Shown piece after piece: positions 41,063 to 51,444 of a stretch of 64,000 bases of DNA. The stretch's first letter is position 1. Each line of letters begins with the position of its first letter. The position numbers were made by a program, and so were the translations under genes. Source of the stretch: Gemmatimonadales bacterium. Its GTDB lineage: Bacteria; Gemmatimonadota; Gemmatimonadetes; Gemmatimonadales; GWC2-71-9. The notes beneath the pieces are model-generated. The model was not told the origin of the DNA and did not search any database. It was given only the letters and a program-made list of their open reading frames with translations. The DNA lies in NCBI GenBank assembly GCA_041615815.1, contig JBFJCP010000019.1, forward strand, positions 28,751 through 92,750, read 5' to 3'.

Positions 41063-43717
41063 GTGCGCAACTCCCTGATTCCCAGCGCTCATGTCCTGCG
41101 TGCGTTACCGCAGATGCGGGCTCTCGGTACGGCAAACTGTCTTTCCCGCAACCGCGTCAGCACGAACGTCTCGTTGCCCCTATCTTCGCGCGTCCCGCCG
41201 GACGGATCGGTCCGGCTCATCCGGAAAGTACGTAAACACGGCGCTCTCTGCGACCTAGTCCGGTTCCGTGCGGTCACCGGGGCGTTTTTGGTAGGTGTCG
41301 GGCTGCTGGCAGGGGTGCCATCGGCAGCCGCCCAGACGGCGATGTTGGTCGGAACCGTGCGTGATGCCAGCACGGGTGCCCCCCTGTCGCGCGTTGCGGT
41401 GCGTCTGGAAGGCGTTGGTCGCACGGTTCTGACTGACGAGACCGGTCACTACGCGTTCGCCCACGTTCCGGACGGCGAGCAGACCCTGCGCGTGAGCATG
41501 ATTGGATACACGCCGGCCACGAAGATCGTGATTCTGGTTCCGGGTGCGGAGCGAGTGGTGAACGTGGCGCTGGAGCCGAGTCCCGTCCGCCTCCGTCCGG
41601 TAACCGTCATCCACCAGCGGACCCGGCTCGTGGGAGAGCCGGGGCGCCTCGCCGAAATTCCCGGCGCGGCGCATTCGCTCGATCGAGCACGGGTCGAAGA
41701 CCCGAAGTTTCTGTTCGATGACGTACACACCGTGCTACGGCAAGTGCCGGGCGTCAATATCCAGGAAGAAGAGGGATATGGGCTGCGTCCCAACATCGGC
41801 CTTCGTGGGACGGGGGCGGAGCGCAGTTCCAAAATCACCGTCATGGAAGACGGCGTGCTCATTGCACCTGCGCCGTATGCCGCGCCGTCGGCGTACTACT
41901 TCCCCGTGGTGGGGCGCATGGAGGCGATCGAGGTACGAAAGGGGTCGAGCCAAATCAAATACGGCCCCCGTACGGTCGGCGGCGCCCTGAATCTGGTCTC
42001 GACCAGTATTCCCGAGACCCTCACGCTCGCCGGCGAGGTTGAGGCGGGCGAAGACGCGACGCGGAAACTCCGCGCGAAGGTCGGTGACGCGTACCGCAAC
42101 GTTGGCTGGCTCGCCGAGGGCTACCAGATTCGCACGAATGGCTTCAAGCGGCTCGAGGGTGTCGACACCGGGTTCGACGTCGAAGACTATCTCGTGAAGC
42201 TGAGACTGAACGCAAATCCGACGGCGCCGATCTATCAGGAACTCGAGATCAAGCTCGGGTACACCGACGAAGTGTCGCACGAGACCTATCTCGGGCTCAC
42301 CGAGGAGGACTTTCGGCAGAACGCGCTGCAGCGCTACGCGGCGTCGCAGCGCGACGTCATGGATGCCCAGCACCGTCAGCTCCAAGCGAGGTATTTCATT
42401 CGTCCCGCGCCGTGGCTCGACCTGATGACCACGGTCTACCGCAACGACTTTGCCCGCAACTGGTACAAGCTCCAGAGCGTGAACGGCGAAGGGCTCGCGG
42501 ACGTGTTGCAGCGTCCCGGAGACTTCGCGGAGCACCTTGCCGTGCTGCGCGGCGCCGATAGCGATCCCGATGCCCTGGTGCTCCGCGCGAACAATCGGGA
42601 GTACTTCGCACGCGGCGTGCAGTCGCATGTCGGATTGCGCGTTGGGGGTTCGGTGGAGTACGAGGTCGAGATGGGTGTCCGCTATCACGAAGACCAGGAG
42701 GACCGCTTTCAACACGAGGACGGCTTTCGGATGGCAAACGGCAGTATGGTGCTGACCTCCAAGGGGTCTCCGGGGAGTCAATCCAACCGGGTGAGCGACG
42801 CCAGGGCGTGGGCCTTCTTCGTGCAACACAAACTCACCGTGGGCCGACTCTCCGTGGCGCCGGGCATCCGGTTCGAGCACGTCGACTTCACCCGTACCGA
42901 TTACGCCGGTGACGATCCGGGCCGGCTCACCCCCACGGGTGTGCGGGAGAATGATGTGACCGCCTGGGTCCCCGGCGTCGGTGCGCGATACGGGGTCACT
43001 GCGGCGCTCAGCCTCTTTGCCGGTGCCCACAAGGGATTCGGGCCTCCGGGTCCGGGTGCCGCGCCCGAGACGGCTCCCGAGGAGAGCGTCAACTACGAGC
43101 TGGGAGTGCGGGTGCGGCGTACCGGTCTGCATGCCGAAGTGGTGGGGTTCGTGAGCGACTACGAGAACGTCCTCGGGCGGGCCACCCTGGCCACGGGTGA
43201 GACGGGGGCCGGGGACCAGTTCAACGGGGGGGCAGTGGACGTGGGTGGCGTCGAAGTCGCCGTGGAGTTCGATCCTCTAGCCAACCGTGAATCGGGGATC
43301 GCGCTCCCCATGCAGCTCACGTATACGTTTACTCGGGCGACGTTTCGGACAGGCTTCGAGAGCGAATTCGAACCCTGGGGTACCGTTGAGCCGGGTGACC
43401 GCCTCCCCTATGTGGCCGAACACCAACTCTACGCGAGTGCAGGGATCAGGCGGGGTAGATGGGCCGCCAGTTTCGGCGCGAGCTATACCGGCGCGATGAG
43501 GACCGTTGCGGGTCAGGGACCGATCCCGGCGGGGGGGGGAACGGACGCCGCCGTCGTCATGAGCCTAGCCGGTCAGGCGGCCATCACGGCCGAGAGCGTC
43601 GTATTCGTGGCGGTGCAGAATCTTGCCGATGCGCGCCACGTCGTGGCCCGCAGACCGGCCGGGACCCGTCCCGGGCTTCCGCGGACCTTGATGGCTGGTG
43701 TGCGTCTTGGGCGCTGA
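41063..43717 (+). CDS. TonB-dependent receptor (FecA-like iron uptake); start uncertain
   Basis: N-terminal carboxypeptidase-regulatory-like domain; plug EEEGYGLRPNIGLRG, APAPYAAPSAYYFP; C-terminal RPGLPRT. Confidence 0.9.
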   Translation: MRNSLIPSAHVLRALPQMRALGTANCLSRNRVSTNVSLPLSSRVPPDGSVRLIRKVRKHGALCDLVRFRAVTGAFLVGVGLLAGVPSAAAQTAMLVGTVRDASTGAPLSRVAVRLEGVGRTVLTDETGHYAFAHVPDGEQTLRVSMIGYTPATKIVILVPGAERVVNVALEPSPVRLRPVTVIHQRTRLVGEPGRLAEIPGAAHSLDRARVEDPKFLFDDVHTVLRQVPGVNIQEEEGYGLRPNIGLRGTGAERSSKITVMEDGVLIAPAPYAAPSAYYFPVVGRMEAIEVRKGSSQIKYGPRTVGGALNLVSTSIPETLTLAGEVEAGEDATRKLRAKVGDAYRNVGWLAEGYQIRTNGFKRLEGVDTGFDVEDYLVKLRLNANPTAPIYQELEIKLGYTDEVSHETYLGLTEEDFRQNALQRYAASQRDVMDAQHRQLQARYFIRPAPWLDLMTTVYRNDFARNWYKLQSVNGEGLADVLQRPGDFAEHLAVLRGADSDPDALVLRANNREYFARGVQSHVGLRVGGSVEYEVEMGVRYHEDQEDRFQHEDGFRMANGSMVLTSKGSPGSQSNRVSDARAWAFFVQHKLTVGRLSVAPGIRFEHVDFTRTDYAGDDPGRLTPTGVRENDVTAWVPGVGARYGVTAALSLFAGAHKGFGPPGPGAAPETAPEESVNYELGVRVRRTGLHAEVVGFVSDYENVLGRATLATGETGAGDQFNGGAVDVGGVEVAVEFDPLANRESGIALPMQLTYTFTRATFRTGFESEFEPWGTVEPGDRLPYVAEHQLYASAGIRRGRWAASFGASYTGAMRTVAGQGPIPAGGGTDAAVVMSLAGQAAITAESVVFVAVQNLADARHVVARRPAGTRPGLPRTLMAGVRLGR

Positions 43718-43768
43718 TGGTCGGCGGCGGTCGCGTCGTCGCCGGCGTCCCTCGGTCGCGGCTGGTAT

Positions 43769-44404
43769 CTAGGGGTCTCGATCCGCCCTCGCCCGAGAGA
43801 TCGCCCGGGACCGTTCGCGATCCAGCACCCGCAGCACCCGTTCCCAACGATTACTCGTCAGCACGTCGTAGGAGACCGTAAAAGGCTCTCGTAGTTCGAT
43901 CCCCTCATCGAAGATGTAGACGGCGCTCGCGGTCTCGCGCTGGTTCAGTTGCCGTCTGCTCCATTGGGGGGAACGTGGGAGGATGGCCACCGGTCGGAAA
44001 AAGCGGTTCTGGCTCGTGATGGTCACGATCTCCGGCTCGAAGCGCGCGCGTTCCTGCAGCCCAAAAAAGGTCACAAAGAAGAGGGTCGGGCGCCCAATAC
44101 CCTGTTGTCGGGCGATTTGCTGTACGCTGTCCGCGAGGGCTTCATGGAGACTGTGCAGCGATTGGTACGTGTCCGGTGCCAACAACCGCGTGACCCACTC
44201 GTCCAGGGGCAGGATCTGGATCGAGATGCTGCCGACCTGGAGCGCAAGCGACACGTCCTCCTGCCGGAGCGTCCCGTATCCGGGTGGTGGCAGGTCCCGA
44301 GGCTCGGCAGTGACTCGCGGGTCTTGGCCGGTGGCCGGGCAAGCGACGAGCGACAACCAGAGCGCTGGGAGGAGGAAGCCGGTCGTGCATGGGCGCGTCT
44401 TCAT
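43769..44404 (-). CDS. Hypothetical exported protein/lipoprotein
   Basis: MKTRP..LSLVAC signal; ATG overlaps the engB stop. Confidence 0.65.
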   Translation of the reverse strand: MKTRPCTTGFLLPALWLSLVACPATGQDPRVTAEPRDLPPPGYGTLRQEDVSLALQVGSISIQILPLDEWVTRLLAPDTYQSLHSLHEALADSVQQIARQQGIGRPTLFFVTFFGLQERARFEPEIVTITSQNRFFRPVAILPRSPQWSRRQLNQRETASAVYIFDEGIELREPFTVSYDVLTSNRWERVLRVLDRERSRAISRARADRDP

Positions 44405-45054
44405 GGCTCGCGTGCTCGAGATGCCAACGCGTCGATTGAGTCCCGCAAATCGGCGATTCCTTCGCGGGTGCGGGCACTCGTGAGGAGGCACTGGTCCTCG
44501 GGAACCTCGATGGTTTGCACCAATTCCTTGAGTCGTGCCGCCCGCCGGCTTCGGGGGAGCTTGTCCGCCTTGGTCACCGCGACCAGAACCGGGACGCTCC
44601 GTGTCACCAGCCGTCGTCCCACCGCGATGTCGTCCTCGGACAGGTCGCGTCGGACATCCAACAGCCAGACGACGCCAATCAGTGGCTCGCGGGTCTCGAG
44701 ATAGGCCGTCACGAGATCGAGCAGTCGGCGGCGCTCGGTGTGGGAGAGGCGGGCGTATCCGTATCCGGGAAGGTCCACCAAGTAATAGCGGTCTTCCACA
44801 TTGTAGACGTTGCACGTTCGAGTTTTACCCGGGGTCTTACTCGTATGGGCGAGAGTGCGACGACTCACGAGTGCGTTGATCAGCGAGGATTTCCCGACGT
44901 TCGATCTGCCGATGAACGCAACTTCCGGGAGACGAGGTTGAAGGCGAAAGTCGGCGGCCGCGTAGCTGCCAACGAAAGCGGCTTCGCTCAGGCCTCTTTT
45001 TTCGCCCGCGGCCGCTCCGTCACCACGAGGGGCGGTCGCTGATCGGTGATGCAT
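44401..45054 (-). CDS. engB: Ribosome biogenesis GTPase YihA/YsxC
   Basis: [27 protein letters not shown]; follows clpX; start uncertain. Confidence 0.93.
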   Translation of the reverse strand: MHHRSATAPRGDGAAAGEKRGLSEAAFVGSYAAADFRLQPRLPEVAFIGRSNVGKSSLINALVSRRTLAHTSKTPGKTRTCNVYNVEDRYYLVDLPGYGYARLSHTERRRLLDLVTAYLETREPLIGVVWLLDVRRDLSEDDIAVGRRLVTRSVPVLVAVTKADKLPRSRRAARLKELVQTIEVPEDQCLLTSARTREGIADLRDSIDALASRAREP

Positions 45055-46241
45055 TCCTTGGTCACCACGATCTCCCGCACGTCATCACGGCTCGGGAGGT
45101 CGAACATGATCTCGGTCATCACCTCTTCGAGAATGGCGCGCAGGCCACGGGCGCCGGTGCCGTGTTCGATCGCGCGGCGGGCCACGGCACGGAGCGCTTC
45201 AGGATCGAAGGTCAGGCCCACACTCTCCAGCTCGAAGAGCTTCTGATATTGCTTCGAGAGAGCATTCTTGGGTTCCAGAAGGATCTGAATCAGGGCTTCC
45301 TCGTCCAGCGAGTCGAGGGCCACGACGACGGGCAATCGGCCGACGAGCTCGGGGATCAACCCGTACCGCAAGAGATCGTCCGGTTCGACATCGTGATAGG
45401 GGTTCTTCTCCAACTGCGCCACTTTGCCCGCTTCCACTTCCTCTTTGCTGAACCCGATCTGGCGGCGTCCGGTCCTGGCCTCGATGATCTTTTCGAGGCC
45501 GTCGAAGGCACCACCGCAAATGAAGAGGATGTTCTTGGTGTCGATCTGGATGTATTCCTGTTGCGGGTGCTTTCGCCCACCTTGCGGCGGCACCGAAGCC
45601 ACCGTTCCCTCGAGGATCTTGAGGAGGGCCTGCTGTACGCCTTCGCCGGAGACGTCGCGCGTGATGCTGGGATTCTCACTCTTCCGGGCGATCTTGTCGA
45701 TCTCGTCGATATAGACGATCCCGTGCTCGCACTCGGTGACGTTGAAGTCGCCGGCCTGCAGTAAGCGCACGAGAATGTTCTCGACGTCCTCGCCCACGTA
45801 GCCGGCTTCCGTCAGCGTCGTCGCGTCCGCGATGGTGAACGGCACGTCGAGGATGCGGGCGAGCGTTTGTGCCAAGAGTGTCTTGCCCACCCCGGTGGGG
45901 CCGAGAAGCAAGATGTTGCTCTTTTCGAGCTCCACCTCGTTGTTCTTGCGGAGCGCTTGGGAATTGATGCGCTTGTAGTGCGTGTAGACGGCTACCGACA
46001 GGACTTTCTTGGCCCGTTCCTGACCGATCACGTACTGGTCCAACACCTCCTTGATCTCGGACGGTGTGGGAACCTGGGTAATCGCTTCAGCGACTTCGCG
46101 TTCTTCGTCCTCGGCGAGAATCTCATTGCAGAGCGCGATGCACTCGTTGCAGATATACACCGACGGGCCCGATATGAACTTTCGGACCGCGTCTTTCGAT
46201 TTCCCGCAGAACGAGCAGCGGAGGTGCTTGTCCTGGGCCAT
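44988..46241 (-). CDS. clpX: ATP-dependent Clp protease ATPase subunit
   Basis: CSFCGK zinc finger, [19 protein letters not shown] loop. Confidence 0.98.
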   Translation of the reverse strand: MAQDKHLRCSFCGKSKDAVRKFISGPSVYICNECIALCNEILAEDEEREVAEAITQVPTPSEIKEVLDQYVIGQERAKKVLSVAVYTHYKRINSQALRKNNEVELEKSNILLLGPTGVGKTLLAQTLARILDVPFTIADATTLTEAGYVGEDVENILVRLLQAGDFNVTECEHGIVYIDEIDKIARKSENPSITRDVSGEGVQQALLKILEGTVASVPPQGGRKHPQQEYIQIDTKNILFICGGAFDGLEKIIEARTGRRQIGFSKEEVEAGKVAQLEKNPYHDVEPDDLLRYGLIPELVGRLPVVVALDSLDEEALIQILLEPKNALSKQYQKLFELESVGLTFDPEALRAVARRAIEHGTGARGLRAILEEVMTEIMFDLPSRDDVREIVVTKECITDQRPPLVVTERPRAKKEA

Positions 46242-46290
46242 AGCCGTTACCGCTCAGTTTTCGCTAGTATGCTCCTCACCCCACTCACCG

Positions 46291-46908
46291 TCAACCCGAA
46301 GCCTTGTCGCCGTTGAGCTCCACCCGTTGCTGAATCACTTTGTCGACGATCCCGTACTCCTTGGCTTCCTCCGCCGACATGAAACGATCTCGATCGATGT
46401 CCTGCTCGATGCGGTCCACCGGCTGCCCCGTGTGGCTGGCGTAGAGCTCGTTCAGCTTGTTCCGCAGGTAGAGAATCTCGCGCGCCTGGATTTCGATGTC
46501 AGCCGCCGTTCCCTGGTACCCACCGGACGGCTGGTGCATCATGATGCGCGAGTGCGGCAAGGCTGCCCGCTTCCCTTGCCGGCCGGCAGCCAAGAGAAAC
46601 GATCCGGCAGACGCCGCCATGCCCATGCAGATCGTGTTCACAGAGGCACTGATGTGCTGCATCGTGTCGTAAATCGCGAAGGCACTGGAGATGACGCCTC
46701 CGGGCGAGTTGATGTAGAGATAGATGTCCCGCTCCGGGTTGTCGGCTTCCAAGAACAGAAGCTGCGCGATGATGACGTTGGCTACGTCGTCATTGATCGG
46801 CGTCCCCAGGAAGATGATGCGATCCATTAGGAGGCGCGAGAAAATGTCGTAAGTGCGCTCTCCACGAGTGGATCGCTCGATGACATACGGTGGATAGATG
46901 GTCGGCAT
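46291..46908 (-). CDS. clpP: Clp protease proteolytic subunit
   Basis: [33 protein letters not shown]. Confidence 0.98.
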   Translation of the reverse strand: MPTIYPPYVIERSTRGERTYDIFSRLLMDRIIFLGTPINDDVANVIIAQLLFLEADNPERDIYLYINSPGGVISSAFAIYDTMQHISASVNTICMGMAASAGSFLLAAGRQGKRAALPHSRIMMHQPSGGYQGTAADIEIQAREILYLRNKLNELYASHTGQPVDRIEQDIDRDRFMSAEEAKEYGIVDKVIQQRVELNGDKASG

Positions 46909-46931
46909 CGCAGTTGTCTCGGCTCGTCGCG

Positions 46932-48188
46932 TTACTCGTCGTGAATAGTGGATTGCTCGAGCAGATAACCGAACACCTTCTCTTCCGTTAGGTTCCGCTC
47001 CAGCTCGGATAGACGTCCTGCCTTCTGCAGCGACGCGTACACTTCGCCCGGCGTCGCCTTGCGCCGATCGGCAATCTCCTCAATTCGATGATCGACGTCT
47101 TCGTCTGTGGCCTTGAGCCCGTGGAGCTCGGCAACCCGGTCGAGAATAAGATCGCGCTTGACCTGGCGCTCGGCGATGGGCCCAAACTCGGTGGCGAATT
47201 GCTCCAACCGCTCGTCCGGCACCTGATAGGCCTGCGCAAACGCGCGTAACGCGCGCTGAACCATTGGGCGCGGTGCCTGCACCGTGTTCGCATTCGCAAT
47301 CTCGTCGATGACCTGACGGCGCAGCTCCGCGTCGGCCTCGCGCCGCGCCTCCGCCTCGAGGTCCTCCCGAATGGCCGCCCGTAAGGCATCGACCGAATCG
47401 AAGTCGCCCAGCTCTCGAGCAAACGCGTCGTCCAACGGCGGCAACTGCTGTTCCTTGACCTCGGTCAGCGTGATGCGCACGGATCGAGGCTCGCCGCGCT
47501 TGCTCTCCTCCGGATGGTCATCAGGGAATCGAACCGTGGCATCGGCGGTCCCTCCCCGCGTGAGCTCGCGGATCTGATGCTCGATGTCCGGAATCGCCTG
47601 CCCCCGGCCCAGAACAAGCTGATACTCCTTGGCGTCAGCGGCGTCCGCGCCGTCCAGCGTCGCGATGCTCACGCTCACGAGGTCGCCATCCTGCGGTCGC
47701 TCCCGCTCCGTGGGGATCCAAGGCGCCCGTTCCCGACGCAGTTCTTCGAGTTGCTCCTTCACCATTTCGTCGGTGATCGTGCGGCTGGTCCGCGTCAGGC
47801 GAAACCCGCCAACCCGCTCCAGCGTCAGCTCGGGTTTCACCTCGACCACCAGCTCGAACGTCACGGGAGTTCCGTCTTCGAATTTGAGATCCTTCACCCT
47901 CGGGTCGGCGACTGGCTTGAGGCCTTCCTGATCCACTGCCGCCTGCCAGCTCTCTCCGATCAGCTCGCGGAGCACACTCTCGCGAATGGCGTCGCGGTAA
48001 CGCTTTCGCACGAGGGCCAACGGGGCCTTCCCCGCGCGAAAGCCCGGAAGTTTGGCCCGCTTGGCAACCTGGGTGGCGGCTTTCGTCTCCGCCGCCTGGA
48101 CCCGTTCCACCGGTACCTCGACCTTGAGGCTCTTGGCGCCGGGCTCCTCGGATGCTCTGGTGATACGAATATCGGTGTCGACTGCCAT
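46932..48188 (-). CDS. tig: Trigger factor
   Basis: PGFRAGKAP ribosome-binding motif, FKBP-like middle domain, tig-clpP-clpX order. Confidence 0.95.
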   Translation of the reverse strand: MAVDTDIRITRASEEPGAKSLKVEVPVERVQAAETKAATQVAKRAKLPGFRAGKAPLALVRKRYRDAIRESVLRELIGESWQAAVDQEGLKPVADPRVKDLKFEDGTPVTFELVVEVKPELTLERVGGFRLTRTSRTITDEMVKEQLEELRRERAPWIPTERERPQDGDLVSVSIATLDGADAADAKEYQLVLGRGQAIPDIEHQIRELTRGGTADATVRFPDDHPEESKRGEPRSVRITLTEVKEQQLPPLDDAFARELGDFDSVDALRAAIREDLEAEARREADAELRRQVIDEIANANTVQAPRPMVQRALRAFAQAYQVPDERLEQFATEFGPIAERQVKRDLILDRVAELHGLKATDEDVDHRIEEIADRRKATPGEVYASLQKAGRLSELERNLTEEKVFGYLLEQSTIHDE

Positions 48189-48330
48189 GCGTTCGTGGGC
48201 GTCCCTTCATTCTCCTGGCGCCCCCGTGGGACGCGTGCGGAAATCTAACCGCCCCTGCTCACCGGACAAAAGGCGAAACCCTGGGCCGGCCTGCGCGTAC
48301 AACAAGGAGGAGATCGCCAAATCGAGGCTC

Positions 48331-48840
48331 ATGCCCCTGTTGCTCTTGGCGTACGCTTTCCTGTCCAATGTCGCCCTCGCTGTCGTCCCTCACGAGCCGG
48401 TCGTGATCTGGTACGGAGCCCATTGGGGGGTGTGGTCGACCGCGCTCGTGGCCACCGCAGGAACGGTGGGGGCGGCGTGGGTCGATCACCGACTGTTCGT
48501 TCCGCTCTTGGCGCGCGTGGCCGCCACCCCAGCCTGGGCCGATGGAGCGATCGGCCGGCTGCAGGACCTCTTCGACCGGGCGCCGTTTGCCATTCTCGCC
48601 GTATCCGGTGTGACGCCGCTTCCGTCCTTCCCGTTCAAGGCCATGGCGTTTGCCAAACGCTATCCGCTCGCACGCTACCTCTTCGCCGTTGCCGCCGGGC
48701 GGCTGCCACGCTACCTGCTGCTGGCGTGGCTCGGCGTGGTGCTGCGCATCCCGACTTGGATGTTCGCCGCACTCTTCGTGCCGTTCGTGCTGCCCTCACT
48801 CGCGAGGATGCTCCCATGGAAGACAAGACGCGCGAACTGA
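48331..48840 (+). CDS. VTT/DedA-like membrane protein
   Basis: PHEP, GTVGAA, TPLPSFPF, GRLPRY; hydrophobic. Confidence 0.7.
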   Translation: MPLLLLAYAFLSNVALAVVPHEPVVIWYGAHWGVWSTALVATAGTVGAAWVDHRLFVPLLARVAATPAWADGAIGRLQDLFDRAPFAILAVSGVTPLPSFPFKAMAFAKRYPLARYLFAVAAGRLPRYLLLAWLGVVLRIPTWMFAALFVPFVLPSLARMLPWKTRRAN

Positions 48841-49487
48841 CCTTCTTGCTGGCAGAGCCAGAGCGTCGATTGCTGCGGGCGATCGCCGCCCGATTGCCAA
48901 GCTGGATCCGCTCCAACCATCTGACCGGCCTGGGGGTCGCCGGAGCGCTCGGGGCCGGCGTGAGCTACGCACTGTCGGGAGCGTCACTGGGGTGGCTTGG
49001 GATCGCGAGCGTCATGCTGATGGTCAATTGGTTTGGCGATAGCCTGGACGGAACCCTCGCACGGGTCCGGCACCATGAGCGCCCCCGGTACGGCTATTAT
49101 CTCGACCACATCGTCGATGCGTTCAATACCGCCGTGGTAGGAATTGGGATCGGTCTCTCCCCGTTCGTGCGGGTCGAGGTAGCCCTCATTCTCGTGATTC
49201 TCTACCTCACGCTCTCGATCAACATCTATCTCGAGTCGAGCGTGTTCGGGGTGTTCCGGTTGGCGTACGGCCGCCTTGGACCGACGGAGGTGCGGCTGCT
49301 CCTGATCCTCGGGAATGTTCTTCTGGCAATGAGCGGTTTCCTCTCGGCGGCGTGGCAGCGGGCGGTCCCGCTGGTCGCCAATGCCGGAGCCGGATTCCTC
49401 GTCCTCGCAATGTTGGTGGTGCTGAGTATTCGATTCGGCAACAACCTTCGCCGACTCGCCAAGCTGGAGCCCCTCCCGCGGTTGTGA
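48816..49487 (+). CDS. CDP-alcohol phosphatidyltransferase family protein
   Basis: NHLT; DSLDGTLARVRHHERPRYGYYLDHIVD signature; GPTEVR. Confidence 0.9.
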   Translation: MEDKTRELTFLLAEPERRLLRAIAARLPSWIRSNHLTGLGVAGALGAGVSYALSGASLGWLGIASVMLMVNWFGDSLDGTLARVRHHERPRYGYYLDHIVDAFNTAVVGIGIGLSPFVRVEVALILVILYLTLSINIYLESSVFGVFRLAYGRLGPTEVRLLLILGNVLLAMSGFLSAAWQRAVPLVANAGAGFLVLAMLVVLSIRFGNNLRRLAKLEPLPRL

Positions 49488-49531
49488 GTTCGCCACCTCA
49501 CCTGCTGACGCTCACCGTCCGGTTCGGCGAA

Positions 49532-49613
49532 TGCGACCGCCGGGAGTCGAACCCGGATGGGTTGCCCCACAGGATCCTAAGTCCTGCGCGTCTGCCAGTT
49601 CCGCCACGGTCGC
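49532..49613 (-). tRNA. tRNA-Leu(TAG)
   Basis: GCGACCG acceptor stem, TGGCAGAC D arm, CAGGA-CTTAGGA-TCCTG anticodon arm, long variable arm, GGTTCGACTCC; CCA not encoded. Confidence 0.95.
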
Positions 49614-49903
49614 GTGTACCGGGAAAGGTAACGTCGCCGGTTCTCCGGAGGCGGCCCGGTTCCCGCACGCGCCCCTGCGATCCCCGGAAGTACCCACCAG
49701 GATGGGGTTTGCGGAATTCCCTCCTGCGGTTAGTTTCGGGCCCAACGTCACGGAGTGTCACTCTCGGTGCGCGCCTATCGTATTCGGCTGGGCCCTGGTA
49801 GTTTTCGACCCCGTGAACCGTCGATCCCGCTGCCGCTCCGGCCGCGGGCAACCCTTTTTGGTCGAGCTTCGTCGACTCACAACCTCCTCGAACAGGACCC
49901 ATC

Positions 49904-51439
49904 TTGAAGCCTATCCCTGTACCGATAACGCGCGCCCTGGTCTTGGCCGCCGGTCGGGGCACGAGGTTTGGGAACCATGCGCCCAAGCCTCTGTTCCGGT
50001 TACTCGGCCTTCCCCTGTTGGCCCGAACGCTCTTTACACTCGAGCAGGCGGGCATCACGGATGCGTACGTCGTGCTGGGGTATCAGGCGGAGGCCGTCCG
50101 CGCGGCGATCGAGCAGATTCGTCGGTTCCGTATCCGGATCCACTGGCTCTACAACGATCGGTGGGAAGCGCCGAACGGGTATTCGGTGTTGGCGGGAGAA
50201 GAGGTGTTGGGTGATGGGCCGTTTGTCCTAACGATGTGCGACCACATCTTCGATCCGCGGATCGTGGCGCAACTTCAGGAACGGGTGCGCTGCCTACGGG
50301 GCGTGGAGCTCGCGGTTGATCGCGATCTCACGAGGGTGTCGGACCTCGATGATGCCACCAAGGTGCGGATCGCGGACGAGGACATCGAGGCGATCGGGAA
50401 AGGCCTCGACGATTTCAACGCCGTCGATACGGGCGTTTTTCTTGCGGGCCCGGCGCTCTTTCGAGCCATCCGGGAATCCTGCCGCGACGGACGCGAGGCG
50501 CTGGCGGACGGGGTGCAGCGTCTGGCGACGACCGGCGAGGCCGGCGCGATGCCGGTGGCCGGTGCCATGTGGCACGATGTGGACACCGTTCGGGATGCAC
50601 GCCTCGCGGAGAAGAAGCTGCTGAGGACGGTCCGCAAACCGTCAGACGGGATCATCGCGCGTTACCTCAACCGCCCCGTTTCCACTGCGATCAGCCGACA
50701 ACTCGTCAGGACATCGGTGACACCCAGTCAGGTGACGGCCGTTCATCTGGTCCTTGGCCTGTTATCGGCCGGGTTCGCCGCCGTGGGAGGCTACGCGGCG
50801 TTCCTGATCAGCGGTGTGCTGTTCCACCTCACCTCCGTGCTGGACGGCTCAGACGGAGAAGTGGCGAAGCTCAAGTTTCAAACCAGCACCCGCGGCGAGC
50901 TGTTCGATACGGTCAGCGACAATATCACGTATCTCGCGTTTCTCCTGGGACTGATCGTGGGAGTGAGCCGCTCCGACCTGCACGACTTCTATTTCATTTC
51001 CGGGGTCGTCGGGCTGGTCGTCGCAGCCATCACGTTCGTGAACCTGCACATGTATCTCGCCAGGCAACGGAAGTCTGGGAGCTTTCTCTCCGTCCAATAC
51101 GGCTTCGAGGAGGGCTCGGGATTCGGCAAGCGCGTCCTCCGCGTCGTGCAGTATCTCGGCAAGCGCGACCTGATGGCGTTCTTGGTGCTGCTGCTGGCCA
51201 TCGTAGGCCACATGCCGATGGTCCTGCCCACGTTTGGGATCCCGGCGACGCTCTTGCTATTGCCGGCGTCGCTCAAAGTGAATCTGTCCACGATGCGGCG
51301 CCGACCGGTGCGCAAACGGCTCCCGCGTCCCGTCCCCACGGGCCAGACCGCTCCCGTTTGGGTGACCACGTCTTCCACGCCGCGGTACTTCTTTGCGGAG
51401 GAAGAGGCAGAGCGGGTCTCGGAGTCGGTGCGCGGCTGA
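49904..51439 (+). CDS. Bifunctional NTP-transferase / CDP-alcohol phosphotransferase (IPCT/DIPPS-like)
   Basis: LAAGRGTRF, PKPL, NGYS, CDH, DATKV, DTGVF, WHDVDT; then RYLNRPVS and LDGSDGEVAK..GELFDTVSD. Confidence 0.88.
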   Translation: MKPIPVPITRALVLAAGRGTRFGNHAPKPLFRLLGLPLLARTLFTLEQAGITDAYVVLGYQAEAVRAAIEQIRRFRIRIHWLYNDRWEAPNGYSVLAGEEVLGDGPFVLTMCDHIFDPRIVAQLQERVRCLRGVELAVDRDLTRVSDLDDATKVRIADEDIEAIGKGLDDFNAVDTGVFLAGPALFRAIRESCRDGREALADGVQRLATTGEAGAMPVAGAMWHDVDTVRDARLAEKKLLRTVRKPSDGIIARYLNRPVSTAISRQLVRTSVTPSQVTAVHLVLGLLSAGFAAVGGYAAFLISGVLFHLTSVLDGSDGEVAKLKFQTSTRGELFDTVSDNITYLAFLLGLIVGVSRSDLHDFYFISGVVGLVVAAITFVNLHMYLARQRKSGSFLSVQYGFEEGSGFGKRVLRVVQYLGKRDLMAFLVLLLAIVGHMPMVLPTFGIPATLLLLPASLKVNLSTMRRRPVRKRLPRPVPTGQTAPVWVTTSSTPRYFFAEEEAERVSESVRG

Positions 51440-51444
51440 CGTAA

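Noticed and set aside
48189..49613. Integrative element at tRNA-Leu
   Set aside because: No integrase and no duplicated tRNA 3' end found by eye
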